A DNA stretch of 63,807 nt, counting the filler, from Olpidium bornovanus S191 (Eukaryota; Fungi; Olpidiomycota), in the NCBI GenBank assembly GCA_017911155.1. It is 29 parts of 29 records of this genome, joined end to end, with 100 filler letters (N's around TTAATTAATTAA, not from the genome) between each part and the next. Parts side by side here need not be neighbours in the genome. Positions count along the whole stretch, not along the records: positions 10,063 to 12,737 come from JAEFCI010002604.1; positions 12,838 to 13,889 come from JAEFCI010000299.1; positions 13,990 to 16,108 come from JAEFCI010002699.1; positions 16,209 to 18,769 come from JAEFCI010002210.1; positions 18,870 to 21,092 come from JAEFCI010012027.1; positions 21,193 to 23,242 come from JAEFCI010001360.1; positions 23,343 to 24,841 come from JAEFCI010004198.1; 22 more parts are not named here. One strand, given 5' to 3'. The notes beneath the pieces were generated by a model. The model saw only the letters and a program-made list of their open reading frames with translations. It was not told the DNA's origin and searched no databases. The position numbers and the translations under genes were made by a program. Position 1 is the stretch's first letter; every line of letters starts with the position of its first letter. This document shows positions 11,131-23,968 of the stretch, one piece after another.

Positions 11131-12953
11131 ACCCTCCATGTATCATCCGGCGATCACGGAAGGCCGGGTGCTCTCTTGATGCGTCGTTCGTCCTCAGCGG
11201 TGCAAACGGCCTCCCAGTTCATTTTCTACGAAGGGCCGGCACAGCGCCGCGGTTGTTATCTGCGTGGTCACCTTCGTTCAATGAGAGTTGATTTAGAATC
11301 ACCGTCCTCGTCTGCGGGGGTGGCAAGGGGTAGCAAGCGGCACTTCCTTCGACGTCCTCCGCGGTGCGCTTGGGCCGGCCAAAGGCAGACGTAGCCGTGA
11401 CTCAAAAGCGAGCGCGACGTGCGGGCCGCGTCAGGTGCTTCGTCTGGCTCCTCGCCTGTGACAAAGCGGCGGTCGCTTTGAGACGAGCTCCCCACGCCGG
11501 ACGGTTCTGAGCAATGCTCTGCCCTCCTCCGGCTGCGATACCGTGGGCGGCAACACCAGAGAGGGACCCAGCAGCATGTCCTGGAGCGCCCGCAACACCG
11601 GATTGGCCGGTCACACGGAGTTCAGGAAGGAACTTGTTGAAGCGAAGTGTGCAGTTCACGTAGATAAAAGGCTTGCGGCGCAGCGGCGCGGTGAAGTAGT
11701 CCCAAAAGCACACCTGGCATAGTTTGGACGGCGGAAATGCGGAGTTTTGCAGTCAGAGCAATACGGGCGGATGCCGGAGGAGGTACTACCAGCAGAGGTG
11801 AGCCCTGCAGGGTCGAGGGGCGGACGGCGAGTGTGTCGTCGCCGACAACTTGGTCTCCATTCTTCTCGTCCTTAAAGCTGCATGGTCACCGGCGGCAAGC
11901 GCGGCGCCGTTGGCGAAGGCCTGGAGCACATTGGAGAAGCCGCGCCCGGACTCGGTGGCCTGTTGGACGCGAAGCGGTGCACGCGACCTTGTCGCCATGG
12001 TTGGCTGTTTGACGGAACGTGTGTCCGTGAGAAGCGAGACTAATTCGTCGCGCGCAGCTTGCGCTGGCCCAAAGCGCGAAAGACTACTTCAGGAGTGGCG
12101 ATGGATGGGGTAGAGGACGGTGGAGGCTTCGGTTGGGCTCGTAACCTCTCGAACGGTTTGTCTAGGTCGTCGCTGTGATCTATTTACTTGTTCGGCAGCC
12201 ACGCGGTGTCCTTGTCTGGCGGGAGAGGATGTTCACGGCGTGAATATCTTACGCGTCGCGTGACCTACGCGCGTCAATGAGCACATGCGCCGTGTCCTGC
12301 TCTACTTGTATCACCTTCTTAACTTTCTGAGAACATTTGTTTGGCTGGTATACACGGGAGTCGGCAGGGTTTACCGCCTGACCAATCGGATAATAAAGAG
12401 AAAAGCTGTCCAGCGTCTGATTAGTCAATTGGACAACGGAATGTCAAATCGCAAGAACCTGAAAATACCAGAAAAATCATGGCATCACATTCCGCAACCG
12501 TCGAAATTGCGAACAGAGAGCATGGCGCCAGTATATCTCCGTGACACAACTGTAGAGAATCACTACCTCGATCTGGCGCGTGTGGCTTAACCATGGGTGA
12601 TACTCCACAGCTGAAGAGAGTTCTGGGACAATTTTTCGGCCCGATGCGTGTTGTGAGCAGCCTGTAGCAGCAACGAAAGAAAGGCGGGAGGGTGGCCTTT
12701 CGAGCGGCGGGCTCCACGGGACGGGCAACCGGCGGGGNNNNNNNNNNNNNNNNNNNNNNNNNNNNNNNNNNNNNNNNNNNNTTAATTAATTAANNNNNNN
12801 NNNNNNNNNNNNNNNNNNNNNNNNNNNNNNNNNNNNNCGCGGCGTGGGGGGGGGGGGGGGGGGGGGTTGTCGGGGGGGGGGGGGGGGGAGGGGGGTGCTA
12901 AAGGTTTGATAAACAGGAAACCCGACGACGATCCGCGAAGTCGCGGCTTTTAC

Positions 12954-13188
12954 CCCTCGCCCCCGGGTATTTGTAGTTCCTCCCGTCGTAGATGTCCTCG
13001 GGGTACCTTCCGATCGCAGGGTCGACCGGGCGGCCGTCTACGGTGGTCTCCCACTGGTTCAAAGACCAGTCCGACAGCACGACGTCCGGCTTGTAGGCGC
13101 CGTTGGCAAACGCGTCGATAAGATGGTAAAACGTCGCCTGCACTTGCGGGTGGATGGGGGAAAACGTATTCTCGTGGGAGCCGTGGAT
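12954..13188 (-). CDS. GH15 glucoamylase internal exon A
   Basis: Reads QVQATFYHLIDAF...DPAIGRYPEDIYDG, containing the GH15 GRYPED.YDG motif. Acceptor TTTCTCCCAG and phase-1 donor GTAAAA. Confidence 0.85.
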
Positions 13189-13281
13189 CTGGGAGAAAAG
13201 AAACGAAACCGCCCGCCCCCACACCCCCCCCCCCCCCCCCGCCCCCCCCCCCCCCCCCCCCGACCCAAAAAAAAAACGCAG

Positions 13282-13718
13282 ATCACGTCAGCTCGGGCGC
13301 CGGGTTCTGGTTCGTTGCGACGGACGCGATGGCCGAGATGCTTTACAAGGCGGTCGAGCAGTACGACGCCAAGGGGTTCATCGTGATCAACGCGATCAAC
13401 TGGAAGTTCTGGCGCTTTGTCGGCGTGCACGGCAGGAATGCCTTGTGGAAGGGCACTCCGGAATTCGAATACGCCATGGCCCTCCTGATCAAGCACGGCG
13501 ACCGCTTCCTCCGCCGGTCGCGGAGGCACATCTCCGACGACGGCTACATGTCGGAGCAGTTCCACTTCAGAACGGGCTGGATGCAGGGCACCCAGGACCT
13601 CTGCTGGTCCTACGCCTCCGTCGTCTCCGCGCAGGTCGCCCGGCAGAAGGCGGTCGGCCTCTACGGCGCCGGGCCGGTCTGGCGCCGGACCTTCGCCCGG
13701 GCGTCCGCGTCTGCCTGA
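13282..13718 (+). CDS. GH15 glucoamylase terminal exon B
   Basis: Reads WFVATDAMAEMLY...GDRFLRRSRRHISDDGYMSEQFHFRTGWMQGTQDLCWSYAS, containing the SEQ and DL.WSYA motifs. Acceptor CGCAG at 13277-13281. Confidence 0.88.
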
Positions 13719-13838
13719 GCGCACACGCGTTCTGGTGCAGTGTTCTCGGCTGACATTCCCCTCCCCCCACCCGCCTTCATTTCGCTCATTTGTCACCGAT
13801 CAGCAGAAACTCATCAACTTTTTCCCAATCCCCCCCTC

Positions 13839-13879
<41 letters not shown>

Positions 13880-14144
13880 ACACACCCCCNNNNNNNNNNN
13901 NNNNNNNNNNNNNNNNNNNNNNNNNNNNNNNNNTTAATTAATTAANNNNNNNNNNNNNNNNNNNNNNNNNNNNNNNNNNNNNNNNNNNNCATGACCTGAG
14001 GTACAACAGATTTGAGAATTTTCCTGGTACTCCCAGGTCGGAAACAAAATGGGAAGCGCTTTTGCAAAAATAAGGCCCCCCCCATTTTTTTTTACTGGTG
14101 AGCATCATCACCAAGTGATGACATCGGCGGACTCAAAAAAACTC

Positions 14145-14553
14145 ACAAAACAAAACAAAAAACAACAGCCAAAAAACAAAAAAAAATCGAAAAAGTAACA
14201 AAAAACAAAGAACCAAAAAACCAAAACAATAAAAATAAAAATGAATACAAAAAAAACACAAAACAAAACAAATACAAAACAAAAACAAATACAAACCTAC
14301 AAATCAAATACAAAAACAAACATACAAATGCAAATACAAAAGCAAAAACAAAAGCAAACGCAAAAGCAAGCACAAATACAAAAACAAAACAAAAGTAAAA
14401 AGAACCAAAAACAAAAAACAAAAAAGCAAAAACAAACCCCAAAATTAAAAAACAAAAGGAAACAAAGAAATAAAAAAGTGAAATAAATACACAAAAAAAC
14501 AAAAGTAAAAAAAAAAAAACAAAACCAAAAAAACAAGAAAAAACAAACAAAAA
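14145..14553 (+). repeat. Degenerate A-rich (CAAAA-like) low-complexity tract
   Basis: About 410 bp of A runs punctuated mostly by C, with very little G. The ORFs called over it are compositional artefacts. Confidence 0.9.
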
Positions 14554-14594
14554 TCACGCCGAGGGCATCAAACGTCCTGTTCTCAGGCTCGCAC

Positions 14595-15632
14595 CTGCTT
14601 AAAATTCCTGATCCGCCTGACGTCGAACGGGTTAAGGTGTCAGGCCCGGCGCAGCCTGTACTTGTGGCCCTGGAAGGTCTCGAAGGTAGTTCGGTTGTTA
14701 AGCACCATGTTTATGCGATAATTGGCAAATTAAGGGCAACCCCGAGAGGTTAGAGAAGGAGGAGAAGGAGGAGGGCAAGACAAACGGAAGAAGCAGAAAA
14801 AGATTGAGGCCTGATTTTTCAAAACACCAAAATTCAAATTTTCCCTTTTTTTGCTTTGGAATAATCGAGGGGGCCAGCCCGCTAACTCACCAAGACTAAG
14901 CCTCCTCCGCGCCACCAAAAAAAACATTAGAAAGGCCGAGTTGGCTGCGGGAGGTAAAAAAAAAATAGACTGTTGTCGGCTACGAGAATCGGCAACGCGC
15001 ACATCGCCGACGATGCCGGCCAACACTGCGGAACGATGCCCAGATGGAAATCAATTTCTACGATGTCCCGGCTAACCACGGAGAAATGAACACTGAGAGG
15101 GGGAAGGAGGGAGGGAGGAGGGGGGAGAGTGAGAGCTTTGACAGACAAGATGAGCGCCGCGAGGGCAAGAAACAAGCAGTCCACCGCGCCCCAAGCGATG
15201 GACAGCACAAAGTGTGTCTCGTTGCGACAGCCGACGCAACCGTCTATCCTGGGGTCACACAACACAAAAAAAAAATTGGAAATTTTAGCTACCCTCTCCC
15301 CGGGCAACAAATCTCACCCGACTTCCACTTCGCGCGTATCGCGCACATGAGATGGGATACGAACGGGGCAGTGCCGGTCCACCACGGACAATGACTAGGT
15401 CGCGTTACACCACCAAATCGTTTCAGAACACTGATAATCGAACGACAGAATAATCGTGTGCATGGGAGTGACAAGATCGCGACCGGAACCAGTCAGGATT
15501 TACTGGTCCATTTTGAGAATATACCTGCAAATCGGTACGATACAAAACATCAGGTTCTCGCAAGGCGAATAAAGGTTTTTAAAGGCAGGCGACTTATTAT
15601 ATGCACACCCGACAATGATGAGCTCGATCTGG
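14595..15632 (-). pseudogene. DHHC palmitoyltransferase with two apparent coding lesions (pseudogene or sequence errors); partial
   Basis: Exons PDRAHHCRVC | YILKMDH | HCPW | IDGCVGCRNETHFVLSIAW and NNRTTFETF...NPFDVRRIRNFKQ. In-frame TAA TAA follows HHCRVCI, and an in-frame TGA lies at 14640-14642. Confidence 0.75.
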
Positions 15633-16272
15633 CTGTGAAGCACAGGTGCAAATGCGAAACACGAACGCCGTGCGCGTTTTCTTAACAACAAAAAGAAAAC
15701 CGAAAAGCCCCGATGACGTCGAGCCGTGACCATAGTTTTGGAATAATAACGACGGTATGCAAATGCTTTCGGACGTCATGAATGTCCGTTGTGCGACATC
15801 CATTAGTAATGCGGAAGTCCTTTGGCCCGAGGGCCAAATTGCTGTCGGACAACGCTGCAGCGCTGTATACGGGGGCATCGCCCTCGCATTCCTGATATCC
15901 CACGGAAGACATCCATCCACCTTGGCAAATACGTTCCACAACCGCAGAACATTCGCTGATACCCTTCATCTTGGATGCGGTCACTAACATGTTGTGTACT
16001 CCAAAAGCAGACTTCCGTTTCTCGCTATTACTTACCCAGTGCTGCTGCACTCGAATGATAGCTGACTTGTCGTCGTCCCTCGTCAATTCATTCATCTATC
16101 CCGGCTGGNNNNNNNNNNNNNNNNNNNNNNNNNNNNNNNNNNNNNNNNNNNNTTAATTAATTAANNNNNNNNNNNNNNNNNNNNNNNNNNNNNNNNNNNN
16201 NNNNNNNNCATGGCGGCAGCCGCTGCCACCCAGGCCAGCGTTCCGGCCTGCTTCCGGTCGAAGCCGGGAGCC

Positions 16273-16440
16273 GTCGCCAGCTCCGTCGCGGCCACGAATA
16301 GCCCCTGAGCCGACATTGACCAGCGGGAGAAAACGCCTTTGCCCACAATGGCACCTGTCGCCAGCTCCGTCGCGGCCACGAATAACCCCTGAGCCGATAT
16401 TGCCCAGCGGGAGAAAACACCTTTGCCCACAATCGCACCT
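16273..16440 (+). repeat. Two tandem 84-bp units upstream of a copia RT
   Basis: Units start GTCGCCAGCTCCGTCGCGGCCACGAAT at 16273 and 16357, with few mismatches. Confidence 0.9.
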
Positions 16441-16629
16441 GCAGCAACAACGTGAAGTATGATGAAGGACAATGGTGAAGGGGGCAGTCGACGATTGTCA
16501 GGAAGAAACAGGAAGAAACACAAGTGACACGCTCACCTGTCCTGTAATTAGGACGTGGCAAACTTTGATGAGCATAGCTGTGAAGCGCCCCGCGATAGAA
16601 GCAGTTATCTGAGCAGCGTTTCATTCATA

Positions 16630-18290
16630 ATTTTTATGGCTGCCAAACACATATCGTTTCTGGATAACGGCGTGTACGAGATTGTCTCGAGACCACCCGG
16701 CGCACGTCCCGTGGCTTTGCGCTGGCTCTATAAAGTCACGCTCCACCCTGATGGCTCCGCGGATAAGTTTAAGGCGCGGTAAGTCGCGCAAGGGTATTCA
16801 CAAAGAGAGGGCATTGATTTTAACCTCACCTGGCCCCCTGTCACATCATCCATTTCTTTTTGTTTAATTATCGTGTTGGCTTCTGCTTACCGCTGAGATC
16901 TCTTCTGTGCTGATTTCACTACAGCTTACGTCAATGCCCCGATTGACGAAGAAATCTACGTTGAACAGATCAAAGGCTTTGAAGCCCCCCCACCGGCCCG
17001 CCTGCTACTCACGTCGTCCAGCCCCGGAGACCTCTGTACTGGCTCCACCAATCCGGCGGGTGTTGGTTCGACACTTTCTGTGCCACACTCCCCTCCCTTG
17101 CCTTTGAGCCAGTCTCCGGCGACACCTGCGTGTTTATCCTCTACCGACCGTTCGCGCCGCAGGTGGGGGAACTATTCCGCGCCCGCATCCGCCGCGCACC
17201 CCCGCACACGCTAGATCTCTGTCGCCGATGCCCGCACCTTTTTTTTTTCGCGTTTATGCGGGCATTCATACTAATCCTCTTACTGCTTCGACGATCTCAA
17301 ACAACAATAACAATGACATTCAAATTCTTCTTTGTGTTTTGGTTGATGAATATTGTTCTTACTGGCCCTGACCCCGCCCTGTCAAGATCTTTTATTAAAC
17401 TACTCAGCACCAAGTTCCTGCTGTCAAAATAAAACGCCATGTCTCTTGTTCTCGGCATACAAGTTGAAAGATCAAGCCAAGGAAATCTACCCTTCATCAA
17501 AAACTGTCACCAAAGTGCTCGAACGGTTCCACCACGCTAGCGCGACCCCAGAATCGTCACCTATCGACACATCCGCCATCGGGTCCGTCGTCACATGAGA
17601 AAACACGGCTTCACCGCGGAAAGGGCCTTTACGGCAAATGCATCGGATCGCTGCTCTTTCTCTCAACGCAAACCCGACCGGACATCACCACGGCTGTATT
17701 TCTTCCTCACCCGTTTCGCCTCTAAACCCGGCGCCGGCACACTGGGCTGGCCTCAAAGCGCATTATGCGTTTCCCTGGCAAGGCACACCGTCGACATTCT
17801 CTATTCTTCCCAGCCGCCCGCCGACACCGCCGACGCCAACGCCTACTGTGACTCTGATTGGGCTTGCGCCGCCGTTGGCCGCAAGTCGATCTCCGGATAC
17901 CTCGTCCTCTTCAGCAGCGTCCCAATCGCCTGGCGCAGCGGCAGAAACGATCATGCATCACCCACTCTTGCACAGAAGCCGAAATCATGGCGGCATCGGA
18001 AACCTGTCGTGAGCTGGGCTGGCTCGGACAGTTTACCATGCCATGTTTCTCACCCGGCAATTTAGCAAGATTGCTCTCCACGTTGATAACCGTGGTGCGA
18101 TCAACATTGCCCGTGACCATCTGCGCCTCTCGAAAGATTTTTTTCCATGGAACTACGTCACCTATACGTTCGCGAATGCCACTCGCGCGGCATGATCATT
18201 ATCAGCTTCGTCACCTCAACCGAAAATCTAGCGGACAGATTTACTAGAGGCATTCGTCCTCTGGACTTTGCCCGGTCCCAAGCCACAAAT
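16630..18290 (+). mobile_element. Degenerate Ty1/copia RT and RNase H
   Basis: DNGVYEIVSRPPGARPVALRWLYK..DGSADKFKAR*VAQGYSQREGID, EEIYVEQ, YCDSDWA..RKSISGYL, SCTEAEIMAA, VDNRGAINIA and TENLADRFTR, with several stops and frameshifts. Confidence 0.93.
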
Positions 18291-19356
18291 GGCGTCGCCG
18301 AGCGGCTAGCGTGTCACGGTAGCCCCCCCGAAACGTTTATGTTTATGTTTTCAAACACTTCCTGCGAGCCACGTTTGTTTGTGGGCCTTTTGAGAGGTGC
18401 TCCTGGTGCCCAAATCCGAGGTCCTGCGCACCTCGCAGGTTACGCAAAACGCAAGTCAAACACTCCCAAGGAGCCCCTTTTTGTCCCATCCAGAGAGATT
18501 CTCACTGAATGTTTTGCTGGACCGAAAACAACCCGTTTTCGACTAGCCTAAACAATCGATGACCAGAACAGCCTGTTTTCGACTACCCTAAACAATCAAC
18601 GAGATCCTAAAGATCGCCTAAATTCTCAAAAACGGGGCCAAGTCCCTGACCTTTCTTCGCCCCGCCGCCCGTCGACACTGATCAGTTCCGTCACTCGCGA
18701 GTTCCCCGTTTTCGGGATGAGGGTAACAAGACGGGGTGCAAGACGAGACAGCGGGAGCGAGGCCCCATGNNNNNNNNNNNNNNNNNNNNNNNNNNNNNNN
18801 NNNNNNNNNNNNNTTAATTAATTAANNNNNNNNNNNNNNNNNNNNNNNNNNNNNNNNNNNNNNNNNNNNCATGTTATAATGTGCAGCCTGTCAGTCAACA
18901 GCGGTAAAGCAAAGCTTACGGTTTGTCTTCTGACGTATCCCTCACCCTCTCCTCCTTTCCTCCGTCCCCAACGGCAGCGGGCGTGTCTGTACGTGAGGCA
19001 CGATGGGGAGATTCATTTCTGAGGCGTGCGGTACGACAAACGAGGTGGGCGATTTAGGAATACAGGGAGTTGAAACGCACAACTGGGCGAAAAATATGAC
19101 AAGAAGAAAGCAGTGTTTGGGTTTGAAATCGTTCCGAACAAAAACGTTTAAAAGGGCAAAGCCTGCAGAAAAGTGGGGATATGTGTTGACGTGAAAGGCA
19201 AATCAGCCTTGCACCGAGGTACTAAAAAATAATGAGTATATGCGGCAGAAGGGCAGAGGGGTCCTTCGCGTCGTCCGGGACTTCCACTTTGGTAACTTGA
19301 AGGCCAGCTCTTGCACCGGGCACGGTACGGGGCGGGCCGGTATGTCTCCTCGTCCC

Positions 19357-20173
<817 letters not shown>

Positions 20174-22859
20174 TCTGCAGTCGCGACGTTGGAACCGCGA
20201 ATAGCCTGATTCAAACCTTGGAGTGGCGGCGGCTGCGGCCGCGCACCGGAAAGCGAAACGGTTTGCGGCAAGGTCGCGGAAAAATGGGGAGTGGGAAGAC
20301 GCGTCAGGTAGGAAGCGTGGCGTCCGTTGGCTGGTGGGAGAACTACGGGAAAGAGGGCACGCCACTCAACAGAGGGTAAAAAGTTATCGTTCCCGACAGC
20401 ATTTCATATGATCCAACGTCCGAGGCTTCGTGTCCGGACATCCAGGCTCCTTGGGGACGGATGATTTTGGGCGAGTTCGAACACGGGACGAGCAGCGGCA
20501 AACCCCGACTCCGACAAGCATCCCGAAGCGAGCGCGGAGCATATGCGCGCCCGTGAGGGAGAAGGGGAGCCCGAACCCATCGAACTCGCCTGGACAAACC
20601 GTGCCTGCACGGGTGCTTTCTCGCAGTGCGAGCGCAGGAACCGTGCAAGAATAGTCGCACCAGACGTGCAGAAAAAACCCAGTGCTGGCTCTCTTCGCGG
20701 GGCAAGTTTGGGAAGGGTTGCGGGAAGAAGGGAACAGGGGAGAAGGGCCTTTTTTGTTTTTTTTTTTTTTTTTTTTTTTTTTTTTCCACAACGTACCCAC
20801 CCGCCGCGACGTGAGAGGATGCGTACGCCGGAGGAGGGTTGCGTCTTTTGGCGGTGGTGGCGGCTTGTGGTTCCCTCCTCGTTCCGCCTTCCTCGGGTTT
20901 TTTGCCGTGCGGGCGGGGTGGGGGAGAGGAGGGAGGACGGGGAGTTGTTCCGCTTTCTTTCGGGTATTCGTCGTGCTCCCACTCATTTTATTGGGGGTGT
21001 TGTGTCTCCCGCTTTGCGACAGTGAATCGCCTAAATAGGTTATTGTCTAGTTTCTCAATAGAAGACGCGGAAATTTTGAGGAAACGCGTGGANNNNNNNN
21101 NNNNNNNNNNNNNNNNNNNNNNNNNNNNNNNNNNNNTTAATTAATTAANNNNNNNNNNNNNNNNNNNNNNNNNNNNNNNNNNNNNNNNNNNNCATTTTAA
21201 AACATCTTTTGAACGACCTCTAGTATCCTCTCGACAAGGCGAACGAGCCTCCCTGATGGCGACTTCTGGGCCAATTGGCATCGCTTTCCCTAGCCGAAGC
21301 GTGGGTACGCATGGCGTCCCGCTTGCTTACAGTCCAGTTCTGCAAAAGAAGGCGGATTTTGAGTTGATATGAGTGACAGGCGCGGTTTCTCTAAATGTGC
21401 GTCAGGAAACAGCGAAAATTGCGAAATTCGCGATATACGCATGCAATTCGCGCATGAGGCGCGAAACCTGGGTCCAAAAACAAAAACGAACTAGACACAA
21501 AGCAAACGGGAAATTTTGGCCGGTTGCCCCTCAATATTCGAATTCGCTGAAAAGGTCATTGAGCCGTATGGGAAGTCGTTTTCTGGCCGGCGTGCTGAAC
21601 GCAACTTTTCCCCCTCTCCCTCACGGGAACACACCGAGTTCTCTTCGTCCATCCTGGAACGACGGCAAACGGCAGCCGCGGTATTGCGAAATAAACAGGT
21701 GCGACCCCAGCTTTCCGCGAGGTCGCTCTGCCAGAATGGGGATCTGCGCGACGTTTCTGAACAAAAATATGTTGCCTGGGTACACCCTGGGCGTAGATAA
21801 GTAGTAGACAATTTAGTATTGAAAGATAAAAGATTCTCTGCGCGGTGGCGGGCACTTGTTTTGGCCGAAAGACCGAACGGCGCTAAAGAAAAAGTAAACG
21901 GGCCCGGCGGAGGCGCTCGAAAGCCGGGGGCCGTTCGGCGCCCCGAACTTCTGGTTTAAGTCGCGGGGGTGTCGCTGCCCGCCGGCTCTCCCGTCTCTCC
22001 TTGGCGGGTGCCGACAGGGGGCCGGCGGGCGCAGGCGGGTTTCGTTCGCCACTTTGGTTTCCGCACTGTAGACGAGTCTGCGGACGCAGGGAAGGAAAGA
22101 GGGAGCGAGGAGGGGCGGAGGGAGGAGGGGCGGAGGACGGAGGGGCGCGCGCCGGTCTGCAGCGCGCGCGCCGGGGGCGCCCGGGCGGAAAAAGCGGCGG
22201 GTTTGGCAGAGCAAACCTGTAGCAAGCTTCCTTTGCACGCCGGTCGGTGGTAAGGAGGCGCCTTTCGCAAAGGACGGGGGCGGTCAAGGGCGGCGCGCTG
22301 AAGAGCAAGAACGGCCTTCCCGTCGCGCAGGCAGCGGCCGCGGAGGGAGAGGGCTTGGGGGAGGAGGACCTGTGGCCGAGGAGGTCGGGCGGCACGGCCG
22401 GGTGGGAGGTGGGGGGCGGGACGGAGAAGTGGGGGCGGGTGTTTGGTTTGGCGGAGAGTGTGAGAAAGAGAAGAAGAAGAGGGGAGACGCGCGTCGACAG
22501 CAGGGGGAGGGAGAGGGGGGGGAGCCGCGGGGGGCCGCAATCACGTGACACTGGGGGAACGACGAGGGGGAGGTCTGTCATCTGGTCTGTCGACAACTGC
22601 AGTTACAAATCTTGAGACGTAATAATTCCAGGAATCGTTTGTGTCTTCGCATGGGGAACCCAGAACAGGAGGTTGAAGATGACGTCTCACGTTCGGATTT
22701 TTTTTAGGAGCGCATGCCTGGGGCATATGCTTGGATATCGCTAAAACACCTGTTCCATTTGTCAATGACCTCAATTATAAAGTCTCTCAATTCTTTTGGC
22801 ATCTATTTTGGCCAAAACCAAACCTGACGGATGAAATACCACGATCGGCACCAGCAACA

Positions 22860-23242
22860 ACCATGTAGAAACATCTTAACAGGGAAAGTACAACCTGTTC
22901 CATCACGTATTCCGGATGATACATATGAAGGAATTCAGCAGGCCAGACAAGAATCATGCCTTAAACCATTTACCGGGTCGAACATATTTTTACTGATGAG
23001 ACGAAGTGTAAGCTTAACGTGATCAGAGGCGGTTTACTGACTCCGTTGGAAAGGATCTTTCGTCATCTTCTTGCAACGAAGGACCGTGCTTTGACCTTTG
23101 ACGAATTGGAAATAGGACACTCTGATTCTGCTGCTGTTACGCCATTGATTATTTTCACTGTACCTCATGAACCGTGGAGTTTGAAACTCATTCCAATACC
23201 AAAAGCTCATTACCTGTCTGTTTGAGATGGTGTAAGAGGACG
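22860..23242 (+). mobile_element. Ty3/gypsy pol remnant, region upstream of RT
   Basis: KVQPVPSRIP and LTPLERIFRHLLATKDRALTFDELEIG..PLIIFTVPHEPWSLKLIPIPKA resemble the fungal gypsy pre-RT motif (I.TVPH.PW...IPIP). Confidence 0.75.
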
Positions 23243-23932
23243 NNNNNNNNNNNNNNNNNNNNNNNNNNNNNNNNNNNNNNNNNNNNTTAATTAATTAANN
23301 NNNNNNNNNNNNNNNNNNNNNNNNNNNNNNNNNNNNNNNNNNATGTAACTCGGAATGTAATAGACAATGGCACGGGCGTTGAGCCCAGAGCCCATTGGGC
23401 GTCACTACGACGTTGGAGCGGGTTTTAAATTAAAAATGCCATCATTCGTAAAAGGCAAACATGGGTGGTTTGATTTTCAAGCGAAATTTCCATTCTCCGA
23501 TGATTTCAGACCTGCAACCCTGAGCGCGCGACGCGGGAGGCACATGCGGTTCAAACCGCTGCAAACCGCGCGAGATGGGCTTGGCCCTGCCGGCCCGAGG
23601 TCCCCCGCCTCTCGCGTTCCGGCCAATTTTTTTTTTTTTTTTTTTTTTCCATTGGTCGTTTTTTTCCCTCGTTCCCGCCGCTCGGTTTTTCCCGTTCGAT
23701 CAGGAACTTTCGTGCATCTGCTCCGTATTATATAACCCTACCAACGTTCGCCGGCCGAAACCCGCAAACGCGCAGCGCAGGCTTTTCCCCTCGATGCTGT
23801 GTAAGCATGCTGTTGTCCATCGCAACAAACGAGTTGCCGTTAACTAACATCGGCGCGGCTGAACAGACTAGCAGACTCCGCATATCGTAGTGTTTTTGTC
23901 ATCTCCGTAGTACGGTTTTCCCTTGTTGAGCA

Positions 23933-23968
<36 letters not shown>

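Noticed and set aside
14640-14642. Stop-codon reassignment as an explanation for the DHHC stops
   Set aside because: TGA, TAA and TAG all end other genes here, and reading through TAA TAA would not restore the next exon's phase.
18312-18728. Possible LTR from TGTCAC to GTAACA
   Set aside because: The termini are imperfect, there is no matching TSD and no polypurine tract precedes it.
21200-22400. Possible minus-strand gene of many small exons
   Set aside because: Splice-like signals are present but no unique reading or recognisable product could be built.
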